The notes under the pieces were generated by a model, which was not told the DNA's origin, did not search any database, and saw only the letters and a program-made list of their open reading frames with translations. From Lingula anatina (Eukaryota; Animalia; Brachiopoda), in contig CM120645.1 in assembly GCA_051362555.1 (NCBI GenBank), forward strand, positions 10,788,001 to 10,852,000: 64,000 nt of DNA. The letters run 5' to 3'. Shown in pieces: positions 24,940-37,804 of this stretch (position 1 is the stretch's first letter; each line of letters opens with the position of its first letter). Made by a program: the position numbers and the translations under genes.

Positions 24940-27690
24940 TTAACTTTTGGTGACCGACTGCAACAGGACATATTCAAGTGACTCTGGGCTTGCTGATGGT
25001 TGAATAGATTGGTATGTAATGAAATCTGAAGCCGTTGGAGTCATCTGAGACATAGTATACGTTGACTCTGGTGGAACTGATAGGGACTGCACTGAATTGA
25101 AGGCTGGTTGAATCGTTTCGGATGATACTAGGGCTGAATTAGGTTGAGTCGTCTGATATGACGACAGTTGCCCACTTCGGATTGAGCTAAGGTTTGAGGG
25201 AACGACGTTTGATGGTGCTGTAGACTGCTGTTCAGTTTGTGATGGGACGAATGTGCTTGACCTTGTTGGTATAGCCGTCTCAGAACCCGTCGCCAGGTTT
25301 GGAAGTGAAACGTGTGTTGATACCAAAAAAGCAGTTCGTTCAACATCTTGGATCATGTAATCAACTGTAGACATAGTTGACGGTGTTGTGGATAATAATG
25401 CGGTAGTCACTAAAATTGCGAAAACCAAACTCTTTATTTCAAAACGTTTTTGCTTCTTCAAATATGTGTGTGAGTGGAAACTTTAAGTGATTGAAATGTG
25501 CTTTGTCCTTTACTTTCAATTTTAAGTAAACATTTAACTAATAATAATAATAATGTAATACTAAGTTTCTTATTTCGCGCCTTACAAACTACCTGAAGGC
25601 GCCTTACAATGGATAATAAAACCAAAATCCTTAAAATTCCTAAACAAACTACTGAACAAGCTTCATCGTTAACGTTCGAGGTCTCACTCCATCAGTATTA
25701 ATTTAATTAATTTATTTATTTATATGCAATTGAATTTAACTGGGTAATTTGCACAGGGACTCGATATAAAACAAAAGTCACTGTTTATAATATGGAAGGA
25801 ATCACACTCACGAAAAGTGTACAGAGAGAAAGAGAAAGAAGTGGGAGGGGGCACTCACCGGGAGTAATTACAAGTGTAAATCCAAATCCAACAACAGAAT
25901 CATCGCTGTGAAAATGGATGTAAATTGGACTGTAGAAGGTACCAGTGGCTGGTGTATTTCCGCAAAATGTTTGGAAATCGCCAGAACCATCCGTTAACCT
26001 AAGATAGTCGTATCTGCAGTTTGGGTCATCTTCCACGCCCAAAAACTCGACTTTGTACTCCAAAACCTTAAATTAAAGACGTAAAGCATAGCAGCATGTG
26101 TGAGAGTTGATAATAAGTTCGCAGATCAAGTAAATACATCGACAAAACAAATATTATTCCCCCTGCCAACTCCCCATGTCTGTCCACCGCCAGTCCTTTT
26201 TAAACCCTTCTACATCAAGTACAATATTTAAACAGACTCTAACCTGGCATGACATGGATAGGGCCACGAGGCCTCATAGAGGTCCGCCATATCTTAAGGA
26301 CCGTCATGTAAAACTTATCATGAAGCTTTTCATCTTATCTGCAGCTGAAATCGGAACATTGCCTAACAGTCTCGCTCTCTAATAAATGGATGGTAATTTG
26401 AACTGCACAACAGGACATCGAACAAATATGACATCAAGAAGCGTGAGACGCACCTACAGAAGGTCTCCAGTATACTGTATTCTGTCGGAGCAATACTATA
26501 ATATCACCTCCTTAAGGAATAACTTTGGTACCTACCTTCCTCAACATAATTATGATTTTAAAATATAAACTGGACCTAGGAATAGGAACTGACAAGATAA
26601 AAATTGGATAAACATGCGTGTCGCACAACCGACGCTCGTCATCGTATAACAAGTGCAGGAAGGAAACGAGGTCCAGTTTACCACTGTTAGTGATTCGTGC
26701 ACAGTAACCGTATGGTAGCCATTTTATTCTATGGTATTTGTAACTAGAATTTAAAGACCATACCTCTCCGTTTGGGGCGTTCACTTGCCAGTGACAGTCC
26801 AAGTTGTTAGAATACGCGTCATTTCCAGGCCAGGGGTCTAAGGTCACTGGAGCGGTCAGCACAGTGGGGTTCGAAAAAGGTGGACAAATTTGCCCTTGGG
26901 ATCCTGGAGTAGAAAATCGATAAAAACAATTTTAAAACAAGCCACTTGTGAAATAAAATGGTTGCTTTAAAACTAACGAAAAACAATTTCTAATTTCTCT
27001 CATGCTCACAATTATCTCCGTCATTGATAATTTGTCAGCATATGTGGTCGTAAGTGTAACGTTTGTCAATGTATGATTATTGTAACAGCACCGTATATGA
27101 GTGTATGAGTAGCGCACGGGAGCGACTGATGCCGTATGTATGCGCATTTCGAAGAGGCACATTGTGCCACACCTTTAACTGCAGCGTATTTGCCATACAC
27201 GTAGCGTAACCCTAGCGTATGTAAATATTCTGAACACGCAAGAAATATTTTATCTCCCTCTGCATATATTCGCTAAGGTACACCAACGATTACCTGCGAA
27301 CTAGAAACGTACGCGACGTACGTCTATTGAACACTTTTGTTTGTCTACGTATGAGCATTTTTTTCTCATAATTTAGTATGAAAAAGTGTGACGGGACCTT
27401 TATGTGGAGAAAATAAATGAAAAATTAGGCAGGTGACATCTTGTGGGAATTTATCATACCGATAATTTAATTTGACGTAAAAACATCCTCCTTTACATTG
27501 GTTTACGAAGCTAAGTGAAATATGTGAATAGCCAAAAAAAAATATATATATACATGTATCTACTTAGTCACTTAATATGAACCGCCCATTTAATTAGAAT
27601 AGACTCACCTGCCATTAGAAAGAAAACAACAATATATTCCACTGCAAAGGAGGCCTCATTGTAAATTGAACTCTTCTTTGTCACCTCCAT
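24940..27690 (-). CDS. CUB-domain / mucin-stalk protein lacking TM (copy B, ~299 aa, 4 coding exons); secreted variant or young pseudogene
   Basis: Exons 27690-27609 (MEVTKKSSIYNEASFAVEYIVVFFLMA), 26903-26764, 26066-25859 (VLEYKVEFLGVEDDPNCRYDYL...FHSDDSVVGFGF), 25409-24940 using an AG 6 nt downstream of the mutated ancestral acceptor; 900 nt open. Homology to copy A ends at QSVT, followed by KS*. Confidence 0.7.
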
Positions 27691-28560
27691 GTTGGCTGTT
27701 GTTTCACTGGGTACGAAACGCTGCTGACCCAATCAACACTATGTGTATTTCGGAATTTGTAGAAACACCGTCCATAATACATAATTTATTTTGTTTACTG
27801 TATGAATCTAGGGCTTCAAATAGCTGACTTTTATGGTCACCTGTCAATGCAGTGTGACAACGATTTCTGCCGGCTTCTGCATCAATCATCTTCAAAACCT
27901 CATTACTTGAGTGATTTCAGAGTTAATTTTCTCATTTAGACACCTCTCCAAATGACCACCTCTGTAACTGATCTGTAAATGGATAATAAATTATTCATTG
28001 TTTTTTTTTTTCTTTTTCAAAATCGATCAGCTTAAACCATAGCGATATGCAGGACATTTTGACATCCCATACATTTTGATATACATTGCAACGTAAAAAT
28101 GGTTTTTGCAGCAGCTTACCAGGTTAACAGGCAGTTTCCCATAGTTTACAGTATTACATAGTAGAGTCAAAGATTTCCACCTTCAGCGTAGCCTATTCCA
28201 ATTGGAGAAATCCACTATCATGTACAGACGTTTGGGGGACGCTCCCTCTACCAGGGCGGCAGATATTAAAGGCACATTTTCCACCAGCCACAGTTACAAG
28301 ATTGACCATATTTAGCCAAAGACATTATCTGTGAATATCTAGTAAAATAATAATCAGTGGACCTGGAAGTGGGTACTCGTACGCTACCCATACGTTATAC
28401 GATCTCACACAAGTTACTCATAGACTCCTATATGCGTTACAGCCACGCTGAGCATTATACAATGCTCATACGCTCATACACTGTACCCATACGCTACTCA
28501 TACGTTAATATACGCCTCACTTACTATGCCAGACGTTGACATTTACTTGAACAGTATTTT
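27050..28560. repeat. Two catacg/cgtatg-rich repeat fragments in opposite orientation (27050-27400 and 28370-28560) flanking exon 1 of copy B; MITE-like
   Basis: gtatgagtagcg.. vs cgctactcatac..; terminus gtgtgacgggacctt at ~27387-27400. Confidence 0.45.
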
Positions 28561-29292
28561 ACATTGCAAAACTTGAATCTTATACGAGTGTCAAAGACTC
28601 AGATATGGCGCATGTAACCTGGCGTGAGGCAAAGGTATATATACCGTAGGTGGTGAGATTTGGACTTGAGAGAGAAGTTTCCAAGGGGGTGGGAAACCAA
28701 TAAATCTAACTGCCTGTTCTGTGTTTCCTTGCGGAATTTCCAGACGGAAAACCAGCGCTAAGTCTACACGAACGATGACCAAGAAAAACGTGTGTGATGG
28801 CGTTATATTAGTTTGAATATTAGATTTTTGATGTCATTACAGGATGTTTATTCCTGGCGGTCCAAGGCAGAGTAACACAGAAGACAATGCCATCAAACAT
28901 CTACAAGGTGGCGGCAAAACCGAAAAGTGTCTTGAGACATCTTAATTTGTAACACCCTGTTATTATTTCATGAAGTTTTTTCCTTGCAGACCTCGGACGT
29001 CAGCGATCACCATCTCAGAACTGCAGCTTTGGAAAAACGAGACTTTGGCTGCTTTCGTTTTACTCGAATAAGAGAAAGCAAAGATTTAACTAAAAATCGC
29101 TCTTTAAAAGTTTTAAAGCCGATTAACAGTACTGACCAAAATGAAATGCCTGAGGAAGTCTTCTGGAATTTAATTCATCTTGTTCGTGTCTGAGGAGAGA
29201 ATCTGTAATTGGGGAAAAAGTGAATAAAAAAACTTAACGGAGTCGGTGGTATCGGTTTTCGTCCTGGCACCGGTGTGACGTGACAGAGCCCC

Positions 29293-29499
29293 TGCTCGGA
29301 GGAGATTCTGATACCTTTACGCATGCGCAGTAGGAATTTAGCAAGTTAATGGCGACCGCGATTGCTTTGAAAAATGTGTTTGTCGATTTTGTGCATATTT
29401 CGCGTCTGTATGTTTGAGTCGTCACACCTAAACCGATGAACTCCACAGCTTAGAGATACTACTGCGCATGCGTCAAGGTATCAGAATCTCCTCCGAGCA
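29293..29499. mobile_element. 207-bp MITE/hairpin with 41-bp TIRs (1 mismatch)
   Basis: tgctcggaggagattctgatacctttacgcatgcgcagtag (29293-29333) vs ctactgcgcatgcgtcaaggtatcagaatctcctccgagca (29459-29499). Confidence 0.85.
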
Positions 29500-29900
29500 C
29501 AGCCGAGAATTAATTACAGCTTTGTATAAGTAACTGGCTCGCGCTGCCAGTAATCACGCCGCGGGATATTCAGGGCACAGACCGTGATCACAAAACATAC
29601 CGCGAATAGAAAATAGAATTTAGAAAATAGACTTTCCATGTGAATGAAGCCTTAAGCTGCTAAACGGTGAGTAATTACCTCCTAGCTGCTTCAGTAGGAG
29701 TAACGGACATCTAGTCCGCTTAAGTAGATTGCAATTTAGCAAATATCCCCTGGGAGATAGATCGATCCACAGCTAGTACGTTAGGGTCTGGAAATGGTCC
29801 CTAACGAGTTATATTGTATCAACAGCAACGGAAGGCTAGGGTAAAGGCAGATCGAATATGAGAACAAAACGCCGAAGAACAAGACCAGTGTTCATTTTCA

Positions 29901-29904
<4 letters not shown>

Positions 29905-29976
<72 letters not shown>
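29905..29976. repeat. (TA)n microsatellite
   Basis: Direct reading. Confidence 0.97.
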
Positions 29977-29981
<5 letters not shown>

Positions 29982-30874
29982 TAACGTTCACTTGATTCAT
30001 GATAATGAGTCATGAACAACACATGAAGAGCTACAAAAAATAATTGTAAAAAGTTAATACATAAAGTAACCATTATAACTAAATAGAGGGCGAACTTTCT
30101 GTTACACGGGCCCTCAGTTTCGTTCCACCTGTTCCAGTGCCATGTAGGCCTACTTGAGAGCCCCAGGTGATAAAGGGTCTGGCTCCCATTGTTGTGAACA
30201 GGTAAGCCCTTAGAACTACATAACAAAATATTCCAAAATATATATAGATAAAAATTTATTTCTCAAATGTGACTTTTTCAAAAAGTCTAATTCCACAGTT
30301 CCTGATTGCACAATTTGAGCGATCCCCGGTTTCTATCGCTGTATATATTATACCCAAGCGTTTTTTATGTCCCTCTGCTTTCTGGTTTCTGTTTATTATA
30401 CCGTTATGTGTGTACCAGTGACATGGCTCCAGTCTCTGTATGTACTTTTATTATGAAATAAAACATTTGAAGCAAATCTAATGATAAAACTACGATCGAT
30501 TTCGATGTGTGCAGAAGAAAACAAGATGATAAAACGAGGTTGAAGCGCCAGCACTTAATAGTTTTTTTTAATCTAAGAAAAAAATATCTTTAAGTTCTAC
30601 ACAATAAAACGAGCCTAAATGGCGTTTTGAATTATAAAAAAGTTTAAATTGACAGTGAATAGTTTAAAAAAGAAACTTTAACGCAACACTTTGAGTATGC
30701 CCGCCAATACTATGTCCCTTTATATTTAAGAAAACGGCATATTGCCAAGAGAATTTGCTCACAGTCTGGTCCCGAATAACATTTAAAATATAGCAAAATA
30801 TTTCTTTGGTTCGATTTATCACAAGTAGAGCGATTGTGCTGCTCCGCGACGAAAATGGGAGAGTTAGCTATAAC

Positions 30875-33017
30875 TCAAGAAGACAAAATCAAAACGATCA
30901 TTAGTCTGTAGTGAGACCTTAGGACCTCTTTCCCCCACTGGAACGCTGCTTTACTCCACGACCACAAACTATTCCCAACGTCTTCACTCTCGAAAGAGGC
31001 ATCAGACGATCTGCCCAGTGCTTTGTTTCTAGCGGAAGAAACTTCATCGCACCGCTCCTTCATCTGGCGCTTGAAGCGGCACACCAAGTCTTCCTTTAAG
31101 AACCCGGATGCAGTCATGTGACTCTCAGCTATGTACTCCGGCACCTTTCGCGCATGTCCCAAAATAAAGGAATAATACACTGTGATGACGTCGGCCTTTG
31201 CTTTCCTCAGTTTCTCGGTCGGAAAGAGGTCTCTTTCAGTGCTCTCTTCAAACCTCTTCAATAAAACTCTGGAATTTTCTGGGATGTTCCCACGTGTCCT
31301 CTTTCCAAAACGGCTCATTTCGCTCCCGCCTTCCATATTGCAAAACACATTCATTGCTTGGAAAATGAGGTTTTCCGAGGCAGACGACCCGATGTCCGAG
31401 TCTATGCCCCAGGCTATCATCCCCTGGATGTGCGGTGCAAAGATCTTCCGCGAAATGAAATTTTCGTGCATGTTTTTGTTGACGAGCATCAGAGCTGCCG
31501 CGAGATGGCGCTTTGCAACATACACTTCTTCGATCATCTGTTCCTCGATGTCATCCATGTCGACCGCTTCTGAGGCAGAAAAAGTATCGAGCAGATCCAA
31601 ATACCTTCCAAGGGCAATGAGGATATGAGGTGTTTCGCACTCTGCCTTTACCATCAGTAACTTGAAATTGTTTTCTTGGGACGCTATTTCTGGGTCGTAA
31701 TTCCAGTTGAACTTCATGTCGACTGGGGCTCCATTTTCATCATAAAGAGCGTTGCATGCCATGAGGGAAAAATGATTACCACGGTATGGAAGACCGAAAT
31801 AATCATTCACCTGTTCAGGAAAAAAGAAATTGTCAAAAATAGCTGCACTTATCTCAATAAAGATGTGAAAATGTTATACAAAATAACTGAGTATATTATG
31901 ATTTAGGGCCTAAAGATTGTTGTCTGAGACCGTAGGCAATAAACATAGACGGCATTAAACTGCCGCTAATAACATGAGTGAAACATGGTGGTCACGGTAT
32001 TGAAGGCCTTAATAATCATCCAACTGTCTAGAAAGGTAAGGGATTGTCAACAACATAGGCACTTATGTGAATCAAGATGTAAAAATGTAATACAAAAATA
32101 ACTGACTACAAAATAACACATGGCCTTAAGCTTGTGCTGTGTGATAAGAATAGAACGAAGTCACGCAAAGAAATATGTACTCATTCGTTGCATCCCTATC
32201 TTATTAGTTAAAATTCAGTGGGAAACGCCTGAAAAAATTACTAACCGGGAGCACGACAATTGAAACATTAATTCTTCGTATCTGCCATTACCTTTTTAAA
32301 GGGCTCCCATAGACAGGCGGGGAACTGGAGGGTCGTTCTTTCTCGTTCCCGGCTCGTGGTCGGTACGGTGCCCCAGCGGTAGGCGTGTGCCAGGTAGGCC
32401 AGACACCCCAGGTAACCAGCCAGCACAGGGCTCCACCTCGCCCCCCTCAGGGCCGTGATAGCAACGTCGACTTCGGATAAATTGACCTGAGTTGAATAAA
32501 TACATACTGTATATGAAAAACTGGGAAGGAAAGAGAGAAAGACCGACGTATTGATAAAGATGCTGTTTTTTGTTAATCAAAAGATGATAAGATTGAGGGA
32601 ATTAATCTGTTCTGTGTGTGTGTGTTTGTATGTGTGTGTTTGTATGTGAGGGAGAGAGAGAGTATGCGCGCGAGCGTGTGTGTGTGTGTGTGCGTGTGTT
32701 TGTGTGTGTGAATGTGCGTAAATGAGAGAGAGAGAGAGAGAGAGAAAGGGAGAGAAATCAACAGAGATCTCAAATCAATATTTCTGAATTTAACAAAAGA
32801 AACCTACATCGTTCAATTTTTCTGTCATCCACTTTCTGAACTCCTCTGGACTGTTTAGCGTGTGTAACTTCTCAGGCATTTCAAGACAGACATCCTGATA
32901 GATCTTGAAACACGCTGGCCAGTCGTGGAAAACTGGTCGAGGGGGGTAGCTCCCGCCAAAATTTTCGAAAAAAGTCGACAAATGCGTGGAGAAGGCACTC
33001 GTTTTCTGTGTTGACAT
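30875..33017 (-). CDS. IDO/TDO/PrnB-superfamily (heme-dependent aromatic oxygenase-like) protein, 446 aa, 3 coding exons
   Basis: Exons 33017-32808 (70 codons), 32486-32292 (65 codons; ...GCLAYLAHAYRWGTVP...FPACLWEPF), 31810-30875 (311 codons); both introns phase 0, GT-AG. LAHAYRWG resembles IDO LAHAYVWG; GSSASENLIFQAMNVFC resembles IDO1 GGSAGQSSVFQCFDVLL; FILGHARKVPEYI resembles the proximal-His helix (LRSYHLQIVTKYI). Confidence 0.8.
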
Positions 33018-33659
33018 GTTTTCACTGCAATGGAAAATTAACCCATCCATTATTGATAAGATTGTTCACGGTTCCAATGTGTTGTCTTCACTGACGCTTT
33101 ACTGATAGTTATCTCTTACTTTGAAAAAAAAAAGCGAAACAGCCCGTGTCGCTCTTGTCACCAGAGCATCATCATGCAATGCCCACAATTACTACTAGTG
33201 AGAATCGTTCACGGGTGTACCAACACCCATTGACATGTAGGCATTCAGCCCGATAATGCTCCTGTGGCAATAGCGAAAGTAAAGGTAGCTGAATCAATAA
33301 CATTATGGTCCAAATTAAGTGATTACTATTACTAAAACACCAGTTAACCCATTCACTTTTCGATTTCTACACCATCTTTTGAAAGCATATATGTAGGCCT
33401 ACCTTAACACATCAAAATCGAAACTTGTTACATGCTAAATAATTATTCTGCCAATGTAGGCCCACTCAAAATACGGCAATACTTGTCATTATTTCGTTAA
33501 AAAGCAATTGGTTACTTAAACATATAATCGAATTCTCTACTGTTTTAAGAAAACACAATAGCTTAACTGATTCATAAAAGTCGCGTACATTTTAACGGCC
33601 AAATCTTTCTAATAGTAAATATAGCCTAAACAAAATAATTTCACTTAAAAATATACTGC

Positions 33660-33735
33660 TTACCTCTCTCTCTGCTTTATACTAGTCTGACTAGATAATG
33701 GGGAGTGAGGAGAAGACTGTTCCCTTATATAGAGA
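33660..33735 (-). promoter_or_regulatory. Probable TATA box (ctatataag, ~33723-33731) and short 5' UTR exon with donor gag|gtaagc at ~33664 for the IDO-like gene
   Basis: TATA ~60 nt upstream of a consensus donor; matching acceptor ttgcag| lies 7 nt before the ATG at 33017. Confidence 0.55.
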
Positions 33736-36072
33736 GATGGCTGGTTAATTTTCTAGGCAAATGAGGAGGCTGACCAAGGTGTAAAAATAACATCTTTAGG
33801 ATGTCGAGCTTCCGTCACACCTCGTAATGGGACCGCCCACCGCGAAGCTAGATACCTGTAGCTGTGACGCCATTTTCTCAAAACGGTTTGCAAAACACAT
33901 CAGTACGTGATGGGAAGATTGCGTTAGTCTGAGAGTTGAGAAAAAGCCAAATTGACAAATTACCTTTTTTTTCTAACTTGGTTGGTCGATTAATCTGCTC
34001 AAAGTGCAGTAAGTTGGTTGTGTAAAAAAAAACGGCTCACACAAACTTTATACTGCGTTATTACTTTTGTCACGGTAGCTTTTCTCAGTTTTAACGCTTA
34101 ATTGTGACCTTGAGCTAGAAAAAATGAGAGTCAAAGAATAATATTTTGAAACTTAAGTCGTTTATGTTTAGTTATAATGCTACTTATTTTAGGATACGTT
34201 GTAGGGTACGCACCGACAGCGTATTCAAATAACTTTTGTGGTTGAAAAAAAATGTGGACAGCTATCAAAGCCTGTAGAATTTTTTTTTATTTAGACCCTT
34301 GAGATCTTCCTTATCTTACGTACACAATACATCCATTTTCTTTATTCCAAATAATTGTGTGTTATAATAATTGTAGTGATGGTATCACGCTTGTTCAGAT
34401 TTTTAACACCGGTGCCTTGTTCCTGAATAAAACGTTTATTAACTTGGGTGAAAAAACATCCTAAAAGAACCAAATCTCGTCCATAAACTTTACTAAATCT
34501 TTAATTATGCACACTTGTTTGGACTATTGCGGGGATAGTTTGGCATTCTCTGTCAGACCTTGCGATGACGATGATAATAACATGCCAATAGAGATAATCA
34601 TCGCCATTTAAAAACCTCAAAACTACGACAAGTATCATAAATCCTATGATTTATATGATTTATATGGGGGCGTTAAATATAATATCACCTTTAGCTTGAA
34701 GTATATCCGCAAAGACGAAGTCCACAGTGATACATCGCAACTTAATTACATTGCTTAAGTGTGATTTTCTTTTTCCGCGCTATTGTTTCATTTTATGCAA
34801 TTAAAAATTTTTGAAGAAAAATGAACGGTGGGTGGGGTTTAGTATACGAGGCACGTCACCAGGAAATATTCAGGCGAGCCAAACTCACGTCCCCGAAGAG
34901 GCCATTGGCTGCCGACAGACACGTGCCCTGATGCTATCATTATGACTTTATGATCACGCGCATGGTTACCATGGTTATAACATCAATATGAGCCTGATCA
35001 AACAAGGAAATACACGTAGACAAATGAAAACTGTAGGGATGAATTATTGCTGGGAAGCACTTTGTTGATCATTATCAATTTGGTCGAGAAGGATGACGTT
35101 AATTAACAGCTGTCGATATTACAAACATTTGTGCTTTTTAATCCAGTTTTGGTTATTCGAAAATTATTTTTGCATTTTTTCTTTTAACTTAGGGAGGTTG
35201 GATGCTAAAAGGACTTATCGGTTTACTTGACATTTATTGATAAGGAGCTAGCTTTACTGTTACATAATTTTTATTGTTTACACAAACTGAAAGAGTTTTG
35301 ATACATCCACATGTAAGGTATGATTTTTTTTTGTCTAAAATTGCTTTTAAAAAAATTTAATTTTGCAATTTTAAGTATTACGTGGCTTTGATTGCGGGAC
35401 TTAAAACATGTTATTTGGACCATCCTTTCCAACTCAGCCATGCATTTTATTTGTAAAGTTATCACAATGAAAATGAAACATTAATTATCAAAGTCTCTCG
35501 CTTTCGACTTCTAACACACTTACAAAAATGCCAACGATTATGCAATATTCTTGGTTGGCCTGTCTCAAAATTAAGGCAACAACCGAGATAAAGGAAAAAA
35601 CATCAGTTCGAGTAAATAAACTGCGCTAAGAGAAACGTGGAATTAATGTTGGTCTTACTCAAGACACAAATATACCTCACACTGTAATATGTAAATGTAA
35701 TAAAATATAACTATATTGTAAATAAGTATATACAGTTAATAAATGGTGAGCCCAACAATATTTTTTTCTAGTAAATTCTTTAACACCCATTCTATTTTGA
35801 CTTGATGTGGAATAACCAGTTAGGGTCAACGTGTTTGCGAATTGTTGATGACTGTCCTTGCATACAAAATAAGCGAGACGTGACGAGGGACATGTGTTGT
35901 AAAACCCGGACGCGGTCGATATCCACACCTTAAACGCAAACGCGCCTCTCAGTCCGCTTACGTTTAGCCCCTTGCCTAGCACACGTTTGTATGAGGTTCA
36001 TGAGTTCTTTCTTGAACGCATGATGTATTCAAGATTGAGGACAGTCGTCTCTGTCAGGTTTAACTGTCTCTA

Positions 36073-36337
36073 TGACCCCATTCACAAAGACACCGTCGGT
36101 CTACGTGGATCGACCCAACTCCGTGGGTACTCTCGCTGACTGTAATCCGTTTAACCGAATCCCGCGCCACCTCTTGTTCCCAACGTACTCTTATAAGCAA
36201 GAGCTTTTCTGTATTCTTCTTAACACCAGGAGGAAGACTTCTGAAGCGTGTAATTTAGTTTAACTGGTTGCAGTCAATGTCCCTACAGGGTTGAGTCGAT
36301 CCACGTAGACTGAAGGTGGCTATGGGAACGGGGCCCT
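36073..36337. mobile_element. MITE with imperfect ~55-bp TIRs
   Basis: gtctacgtggatcgacccaac (36099-36119) vs gttgagtcgatccacgtagac (36290-36310); terminus accccattc resembles the 8730 family. Confidence 0.7.
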
Positions 36338-37093
36338 ACGTGATGTTTTGGAATAATAAGGGTAGCCGCTATAGAAATAATGACGGGTGGAGGGAACGTT
36401 GACGCTTTAACCATGAAATAGTAGCAATTTTAGACGTTCTAGTTAAGAATGATATGTGAATGATAGTTCTCTTCCACAGGGCCAGACCCCAACTCATTCA
36501 CAGTATTTTATCTAGCTGAATATTCGCTCTGTTTTTCAAATTTTTCTTTTTTTTCCACTAGAATGTAATCAAAAATCCTATTTTCCATGTTTATTTTATA
36601 TTCTATATATTGTATTTATTCTATATCCCAGCGTAACGTAATCAAATTGGCTTATTTCCTTTGTACTTCTTTTTTCCCAATTAAATGTGACCAAAGCATC
36701 TTAACAGCCCTCAACTGAAATGGATGTTCATACATTGGGGTTTCTCGTCGTGCACCATGATCACGACTTATTATTAGTTTGTCCCTCCGCTTCTAAAAAT
36801 ATCCGAATTTAAATCAAAATATCTGACAGCGCCCCTCCTAATGTAAATATCTTCGTATAGCTTGTGGCTATTTAAAAAGTATATGTTTAAATGGTCTGAT
36901 TTTAACATTTAGAAGAAAATTAGTATATTAGATAACAGTGCGTCAGCGCGAAGTCAGACGGAAAAAAAGATCATTATGATTAAATTTATCCACGGGTGCA
37001 TTAACTTATTCAAAATTTCCGTGCGCCAGGAATTCGCAGGCATCTGAATAATTTTGATGCCACAAAAATCCACATGCAGCTGAGGTAAGATTG

Positions 37094-37377
37094 CCCGCAC
37101 GAAAACGCAGTAGATGCTCCAGCGCAGTAGACTACTGCAATCATACTGCAAATATGCCTCAAATCTGCTTCGCATTGGGAGCTAATTAGCATATTTGAAA
37201 CATGCTTCTATCATGCTGCTAATCTACTGCATTAATGCTCCTCCTCTGTACAACCCTATGTAATTTTTGAAGTAGAATTGCAGTAGGCTATACTGCATTT
37301 CTACTGCAAATATGCTCCACACCACTACTGCGTTAATGCTTCTTTGCTACTCCAATACTACTGCATTTTCGTGCGGG
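37094..37377. mobile_element. Non-autonomous CACTA/EnSpm-like element
   Basis: TIRs cccgcacgaaaacgcagtag / ctactgcattttcgtgcggg, 2-bp TG duplication, many internal ctactgc/gcagtag subterminal repeats. Confidence 0.75.
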
Positions 37378-37658
37378 TGAGGTTTAATTTCAAAAGGTGA
37401 CGCAAGACGCTACCGACATCTGGTGGCAAAACACATAATTGATTTCCATACTGTCGGAGATGACCTCTTCAAGCTGCAATTCAAAATTAAATTCTCTCTG
37501 CTTTATTTCTTCACTTTAATTTCCAGTTAACAATATCCAATAGTTTTGGTAAAGTGGAATCTAACTAGGGCATGAGCAGACTACCCCCCAACACGCCTAA
37601 GTTACGCATTTCAGCTACACCGGATTTACAAAATAAATATCCGCCCCAATATCTGTTA

Positions 37659-37804
<146 letters not shown>

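Noticed and set aside
31182-31628. 148-aa plus-strand ORF
   Set aside because: Antisense to the IDO-like exon.
30875-33017. Fungal or bacterial contamination explaining the IDO-like gene
   Set aside because: Its introns contain the same (TG)n/(AG)n microsatellites and AT-rich style as neighbouring animal genes, and it is contiguous with host MITEs; long-read confirmation is still advisable.
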